Assembly: GCA_004431415.1 (NCBI GenBank)
Contig: QPMI01000194.1
Span: 62,001-126,000, forward strand
Reading direction: 5' to 3'
Origin: Cyanophora paradoxa CCMP329
Taxonomy: Eukaryota; Plantae; Glaucophyta
Length of the DNA: 64,000 nucleotides
Positions within the stretch are counted from its first letter, which is position 1, and each line of letters starts with the position of its first letter. This document shows positions 59,341 to 64,000 of the stretch, one piece after another. The notes under the pieces were generated by a model. The model ran no database searches. It was not told where the DNA came from and was given only the letters and a program-made list of their open reading frames with translations. The position numbers were made by a program, and so were the translations under genes.

Positions 59341-62300
59341 GCTCTCAGGCTGAGCGTCCTGAGGGGCGATAGCGTCGCCACCGTTGTCGCAGAGCCGCCG
59401 CTTGGTCCTGCAACGTTCGGGGCCGGACGTAGCGCAAAGTGCACGATAACTCGGCGTTCCGTCTCGTTCATCTCCCCCTCCATCACCGTTGGGAGGCCGA
59501 AAGCGTTGGCGCCCGCGTAGTACGGCCAGGCGCCGGGTTTTGCCGAGCGTACGGGCAAGTGGTGTAGCGGGATGTTCCGTTCCCAGTCCTGCCGCCGCCC
59601 TTGCATGACGACGGGGAGTTGCCGGTTCGGAGTCAGCGGGTAACGCTGCAGTCCCTCGTTGCCGTGCTGCAGCTGCTCGCGATGGAGCGTGCGAAGGAGA
59701 GTGAAGAATTGCATTGGGTGGCCCACAATCATTGCGACCGTGTACGCCTTGAAAGGCGACGCCGCCATCTCCATGATCCAGGAAGTCAGTACTCGTACAG
59801 CCTGCTGCGCCTTCGCGCTGTGCGGGTCCGACTCGCCCGTCGCTGTCGCGATCGCCGTTGTCATGGACTCGCGCAGCCGCTCCGTGACCGTTCTGAGCAA
59901 GAGGGTCCTGAGCGACGTCATCGCCACTGCGATGGGAACTAGCCGGAGATTCTCCCCCCGCCGGCCAAGGATGAACGGTGTCGACTGAAAAGGCGCCGCG
60001 TACCACGTGACATCGGGATCGTGAATTGCCAGGTGCATGGGGGCCTGGGGCGGCTGCGGAGCCCAACTGAACGCTGCGTTCGGCTTGTTCCCCTCCTCAC
60101 GGTCGTTGTGCAGTTCGATGGCGAGCATAGCAATGCTGTCACGGATGACGTTGTGATCCCGACGCAGCCGTGCCAGCCCCGCCGAGTACGTGAGGTGCAC
60201 AATCGCGCGCGTCTTGCTCTCGCGAGACACGAATCTGTAGTGTACGGGGATCACCCGCCGTTGGTGCAGGTAGGTGGCAATCGCCTCCCGTCGTGCTCCG
60301 TCCCGCAAGTCGCCGTCGACCAATCTGAACGGTACATCCACCGCCATCGCATTCACGTAGAGCAACTCCTCCATGAGGTCGCAGAACAGGTGCGCTTTGC
60401 CCGTGAAGCCGAGTGCCGTACGGAAGGCAGTGCTCCAGGAGAGTGCCTCGAGGTTCACGTTTGTGCGGCCCGTGCGCAAGCTAGGCCTGGTGCGCGTGAA
60501 GAGGGCCCTGCTCTCGTTGTCCTCCGCTGCAGCCACCGTAGCGATCGTCGGTGTACGCCCGTCGATTGTGCGTGCATACCGCGCCACCGTTAAGAAGCTC
60601 TCGCAGATCTCCACGAGGAACGTCACCAGGAACCCGTCCGGGAGGTCGTAGTCGAACGCTCGGTTCGTGTTGAGCACATCCACCCACTCGACCTCGCTGC
60701 CCTTCGAGTCCCACAGTGTGCGAGGGCACTGGAGACCTCCTTCCGCCCTCGGGTCCCGCGCCGCGAGGAAGAGTGACAGTCCGCACGTTATCGCGTGCGT
60801 ACGGAGTCGCAAAGCGACCTCGGCGTCGGGGCACTCCTCCAGTGCTGGCGGCGTCTCCATCGTGGCTGCCGCTAGCATGACGTAACGGGTAGCCTCCTCG
60901 ACTGCCTCATCCATTGCTTGGGACGTTAGCGCCTTTTCGAGAAGCCCCGTGTCGAACTGGATGGGGGCGCCTCGCCCGCGTCGCTGACGCTCGCCATTCA
61001 GCCGTCTGCCAAGCTCGATACCCAACGCGACGAGCGTGGGCATGATGCTGTCGACCGCGTTGGTGAAGTGTCCGATCTCGCGCATCTCGACGCCGAACAG
61101 TGCGAGAAGGCTATCGTGTCCGAGGCACGAAAGGCCCTGCCTGGCCGAGTCGCGCCATGCCGCGTCGCTGATCTCCCCGCTGCAACGCCGCTCCGGCGCT
61201 TCGACAAAGGGGTCGACGAAGCCCGAGAACCCCGTCATGATCAGTGCTGCCATTGCCCGCCTGAACTGCGGAAGCTTGGCGTGTAGTAGTGCTGCCTGCA
61301 CTTCCACTTGCGTCGTGACCACGAGACTCTCCTTGTCTGTGCCGTACGCGCCCTCTCCCCAGTGTCGGCTCAGCGGTGGCGAGGGAAGGCTCTTCCCGTC
61401 ACGTACATAACGCGATTGGCGCGCCATCCAGATGCTGAAGTCACGCCTGGGGAGTTCGGTATCCATCCGGAATGGCTCGGTCAGGTCCCTGTCGATGTAC
61501 GGCCTCTCCCCCGTTCGCGTCTTGTTCAGGTCGCGCGACGTGTAGACCGTTGAGAATTCTGCCGACGCCGTTGCGTGCGGCAGCCGGTACTGCCAGCCGT
61601 CCCAGCCGTTTTCCCCGCGGTACATCTTCAGTAGCGTCTCCGTCTCAGCACGTCCTGTGACGGAGTCCCGTAGGGTTGCGAGTTGCTCGTACAGCTCTCG
61701 CGCCCGCCTCCCCTTCCCGTAACCCGCTTCTTCGGCCGCCAGCGCTCGGAACACCTTGAACCAGGGTAGGCCCGGGTGGTGCCGGTCCCGCTCGTGGTCC
61801 AGGCGGCCGAGAAGGTCGAGTGTCTGGACGAAAATGTCGGCCACCGCGACGTGCTGGTGCCTGGGGTTATCCGCGCCCGTTGCGACGCGCTCCCACCGCA
61901 AGTAGCCTGCTTGCCGCGCGAGGTCGCAGAGCTGTCCCCACTCCTCAATCAGTATGTCCGGCAGCTGTTCCACCGAGACACGTCGCTTGTCAGCCTCCGC
62001 AGCGAGTGCTCCGAAGCGGGCTGTATCCGTGAGTCCAACCCACGGCTTGACGACCTCCATCAGCGGCGCCAGGTGTTGCCAGATCTGCCGCTCGCGAACG
62101 CCCTCCTCTTGCGATGGGTTCGTGAACTCGTAGTCCATCATCGACCGCTCCTTTGGTCTCATGGATCGTGGTAAGTGGGGCGGCGGGGGGCCCCCCGGGC
62201 GTCCTCCCGTGATCCACTGCGGGTTCCAGACCGTGTTGGTTCCGAGCATCGTGAAGACCGCCCGACTGACGACCCTGTAGTAGCCGGCCTCACGAGAGCT

Positions 62301-63950
62301 CAGCGACCTCAGGGCTTCTTCCACGTTGCCGTCGCCGATCCCGGCGGTAGACATCTCCTTGTCGATGCCCCGGTGGACCGCGTAAGCCCGCGCGACGTCC
62401 GCCGCCACGGTTGTCTCCCACGCGCGTGGCTCCTCGCCCCGCTCGACTTCCTGCATCCGCCGGCCCCCGCCCGCCGCCTGGATCTCAGCGAACTTCGCCG
62501 CTCGTTCTCGGTGTTCTTGCGCGGCCAGCGTAGCCGTGTCGACGTTGCGTTCCATTGCCGTCCACTGGAGGAGTCGCCAACGTCCGTCTGATGTCAACCT
62601 CCCCCACAGCCCAAGCCACCGCTCGTCAATCGGGCCTGCATGGGCGTTGAGCAGTTCGCCCGCGTCCGCCCGTGTGAGTTCCGCAATCAGTTCCGCGTTG
62701 CCCGGGTGTAGGGCCTGGTGGGCTGGTGCCGTTCGGGGTGGGGGGCCCATGTTGCGCGTCAATCCGTCAGCCACCTGGCGTCTCACGTTTGACGACCGCG
62801 GGACTCCGAACTTGTCCATCGTGTACTCTGCGAGTGCACGGTATCGAGTGTCGTTGTTAATCGTCTGGCCCGTCTTCAGCCGTCGTCGATAATTCGCCTC
62901 CCACGTGTGCTCCGCTTCGTCATGCGTGTGCTCTGACGGCGAGTCGATCTCCATCCTCGTGATGTTCATGGGGTGATCCGGATGGGAAGGCGAGTTCGGA
63001 GAGTACGTGTGCTCCTGTGGGGCGTCCGGTGGTGGTGTTGTTACGACGTCGCCGCCTGGCTCCGCTGCCGTCGCCTCCGTCGTCACGGCCTGCACGCTTT
63101 GGGCGAGCCCGAGCGTGGGGTCCGTTGCAGGTGGCGTTTCTGCGCCCTCCGCGCGCTGCGTCTCCGCGGCCTCTGCCGCCGTCGGGCACCGCTCGCCAAC
63201 GGGTGCCAACGCCTTCGCGTCCTCCTCCGTTGCTGACGCCGCCGTCACGGCCTGCACGCTTTGGGCGAGCCCGAGCGTGGGGTCCGTTGCAGGTGGCGTT
63301 TCCGCGCCCTCCGCGCGCTGCGTCTCCGCGGCCTCTGCCGCCGTCGGGCACCGCTCGCCAGCGGGTGCCAACGCCTTCGCGTCCTCCTCCATTGCTGACG
63401 CCGCCGTCACGGCCTGCACGCTTTGGGCGAGCCCGAGCGTGGGGTCCGTTGCAGGTGGCGTTTCCGCGCCCTCCGCGCGCTGCGTCTCCGCGGCCTCTGC
63501 CGCCGTCGGGCACCGCTCGCCAGCGGGTGCCAACGCCTTCGCGTCCTCCTCCGTTGCTGACGCCGCCGTCACGGCCTGCACGCTTTGGGCGAGCCCGAGC
63601 GTGGGGTCCGTTGCAGGTGGCGTTTCCGCGCCCTCCGCGCGCTGCGTCTCCGCGGCCTCTGCCGCCGTCGGGCACCGCTCGCCAGCGGGTGCCAACGCCT
63701 TCGCGTCCTCCTCCATTGCTGACGCCGCCGTCACGGCCTGCACGCTTTGGGCGAGCCCGAGCGTGGGGTCCGTTGCAGGTGGCGTTTCCGCGCCCTCCGC
63801 GCGCTGCGTCTCCGCGGCCTCCGCCGCCATCAGGCATCGTTCGCCAGCGGGTGCCAACTTCTCCACGCGCTGCAACTCTGCGGCCTCTGCTGACGCCGTC
63901 GTCATCACGGCCTGCGCGCTTTGGGCGAGCCCGAGCGCGGGGTCTGTCAC
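59262..63950 (-). CDS. Retrotransposon ORF1 (>1500 aa, gag position, unrecognised) with 54-aa repeats
   Basis: Long protein-like ORF on the same strand as pol, apparently open to the window edge. Confidence 0.7.
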   Translation of the reverse strand: MTDPALGLAQSAQAVMTTASAEAAELQRVEKLAPAGERCLMAAEAAETQRAEGAETPPATDPTLGLAQSVQAVTAASAMEEDAKALAPAGERCPTAAEAAETQRAEGAETPPATDPTLGLAQSVQAVTAASATEEDAKALAPAGERCPTAAEAAETQRAEGAETPPATDPTLGLAQSVQAVTAASAMEEDAKALAPAGERCPTAAEAAETQRAEGAETPPATDPTLGLAQSVQAVTAASATEEDAKALAPVGERCPTAAEAAETQRAEGAETPPATDPTLGLAQSVQAVTTEATAAEPGGDVVTTPPPDAPQEHTYSPNSPSHPDHPMNITRMEIDSPSEHTHDEAEHTWEANYRRRLKTGQTINNDTRYRALAEYTMDKFGVPRSSNVRRQVADGLTRNMGPPPRTAPAHQALHPGNAELIAELTRADAGELLNAHAGPIDERWLGLWGRLTSDGRWRLLQWTAMERNVDTATLAAQEHRERAAKFAEIQAAGGGRRMQEVERGEEPRAWETTVAADVARAYAVHRGIDKEMSTAGIGDGNVEEALRSLSSREAGYYRVVSRAVFTMLGTNTVWNPQWITGGRPGGPPPPHLPRSMRPKERSMMDYEFTNPSQEEGVRERQIWQHLAPLMEVVKPWVGLTDTARFGALAAEADKRRVSVEQLPDILIEEWGQLCDLARQAGYLRWERVATGADNPRHQHVAVADIFVQTLDLLGRLDHERDRHHPGLPWFKVFRALAAEEAGYGKGRRARELYEQLATLRDSVTGRAETETLLKMYRGENGWDGWQYRLPHATASAEFSTVYTSRDLNKTRTGERPYIDRDLTEPFRMDTELPRRDFSIWMARQSRYVRDGKSLPSPPLSRHWGEGAYGTDKESLVVTTQVEVQAALLHAKLPQFRRAMAALIMTGFSGFVDPFVEAPERRCSGEISDAAWRDSARQGLSCLGHDSLLALFGVEMREIGHFTNAVDSIMPTLVALGIELGRRLNGERQRRGRGAPIQFDTGLLEKALTSQAMDEAVEEATRYVMLAAATMETPPALEECPDAEVALRLRTHAITCGLSLFLAARDPRAEGGLQCPRTLWDSKGSEVEWVDVLNTNRAFDYDLPDGFLVTFLVEICESFLTVARYARTIDGRTPTIATVAAAEDNESRALFTRTRPSLRTGRTNVNLEALSWSTAFRTALGFTGKAHLFCDLMEELLYVNAMAVDVPFRLVDGDLRDGARREAIATYLHQRRVIPVHYRFVSRESKTRAIVHLTYSAGLARLRRDHNVIRDSIAMLAIELHNDREEGNKPNAAFSWAPQPPQAPMHLAIHDPDVTWYAAPFQSTPFILGRRGENLRLVPIAVAMTSLRTLLLRTVTERLRESMTTAIATATGESDPHSAKAQQAVRVLTSWIMEMAASPFKAYTVAMIVGHPMQFFTLLRTLHREQLQHGNEGLQRYPLTPNRQLPVVMQGRRQDWERNIPLHHLPVRSAKPGAWPYYAGANAFGLPTVMEGEMNETERRVIVHFALRPAPNVAGPSGGSATTVATLSPLRTLSLRARQSPSWRAATRPGLTRAGDLRSPTR
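63080..63950. repeat. 162-bp tandem repeat (~5 copies), in frame in ORF1
   Basis: tccgttgcaggtggcgttt recurs at 63121, 63283 and 63445, and onward at the same period. Confidence 0.95.
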
Positions 63951-64000
63951 GGCTGGCGTCGCTGGGCGGTTTGGGCGCTGCAGTGGCGGGTCGTCCTCGC

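Larger units (their letters stand above)
47968..64000 (-). mobile_element. Giant Ty3/Gypsy LTR retrotransposon (>16 kb, 5' end outside window)
   Basis: PR-RT-RNaseH-IN order. Homology to the host repeat breaks at a TG terminus (47968 tgttgcc). LTR-like region carries repeated atgatacgacttcaca motifs. Confidence 0.93.

Overview
Intron-rich, GC-rich eukaryotic nuclear DNA, most likely from a glaucophyte alga such as Cyanophora. That is inferred from a nucleus-encoded cytochrome c6 with an MAFV-type bipartite plastid presequence and many short introns. The left ~25 kb holds host genes: a tetraspanin-like protein, GINS Psf2, petJ, a WD40-like fragment beside a 40-bp satellite, a CCDC90/DUF1640-like protein, ULK4/RUNKEL kinase, ERH and an aquaporin with altered NPA boxes. 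The highlight is a ~10.9-kb insertion (25627-36520). It encodes a spliced RAG1/Transib-like DDE transposase lying tail-to-tail with a BAH-domain gene, echoing the RAG1L-RAG2L layout but with a different chromatin-reader partner, plus two orphan cargo genes. Next come a 1.46-kb tandem repeat with terminal hairpins, a Harbinger-like MITE (20-bp TIR, CTG TSD), an MFSD1-like transporter, and a >16-kb Ty3/Gypsy retrotransposon. That element has a huge pre-protease region and a canonical -1 frameshift signal between protease and RT. Exon boundaries were read by eye, and reference motifs were recalled rather than searched.
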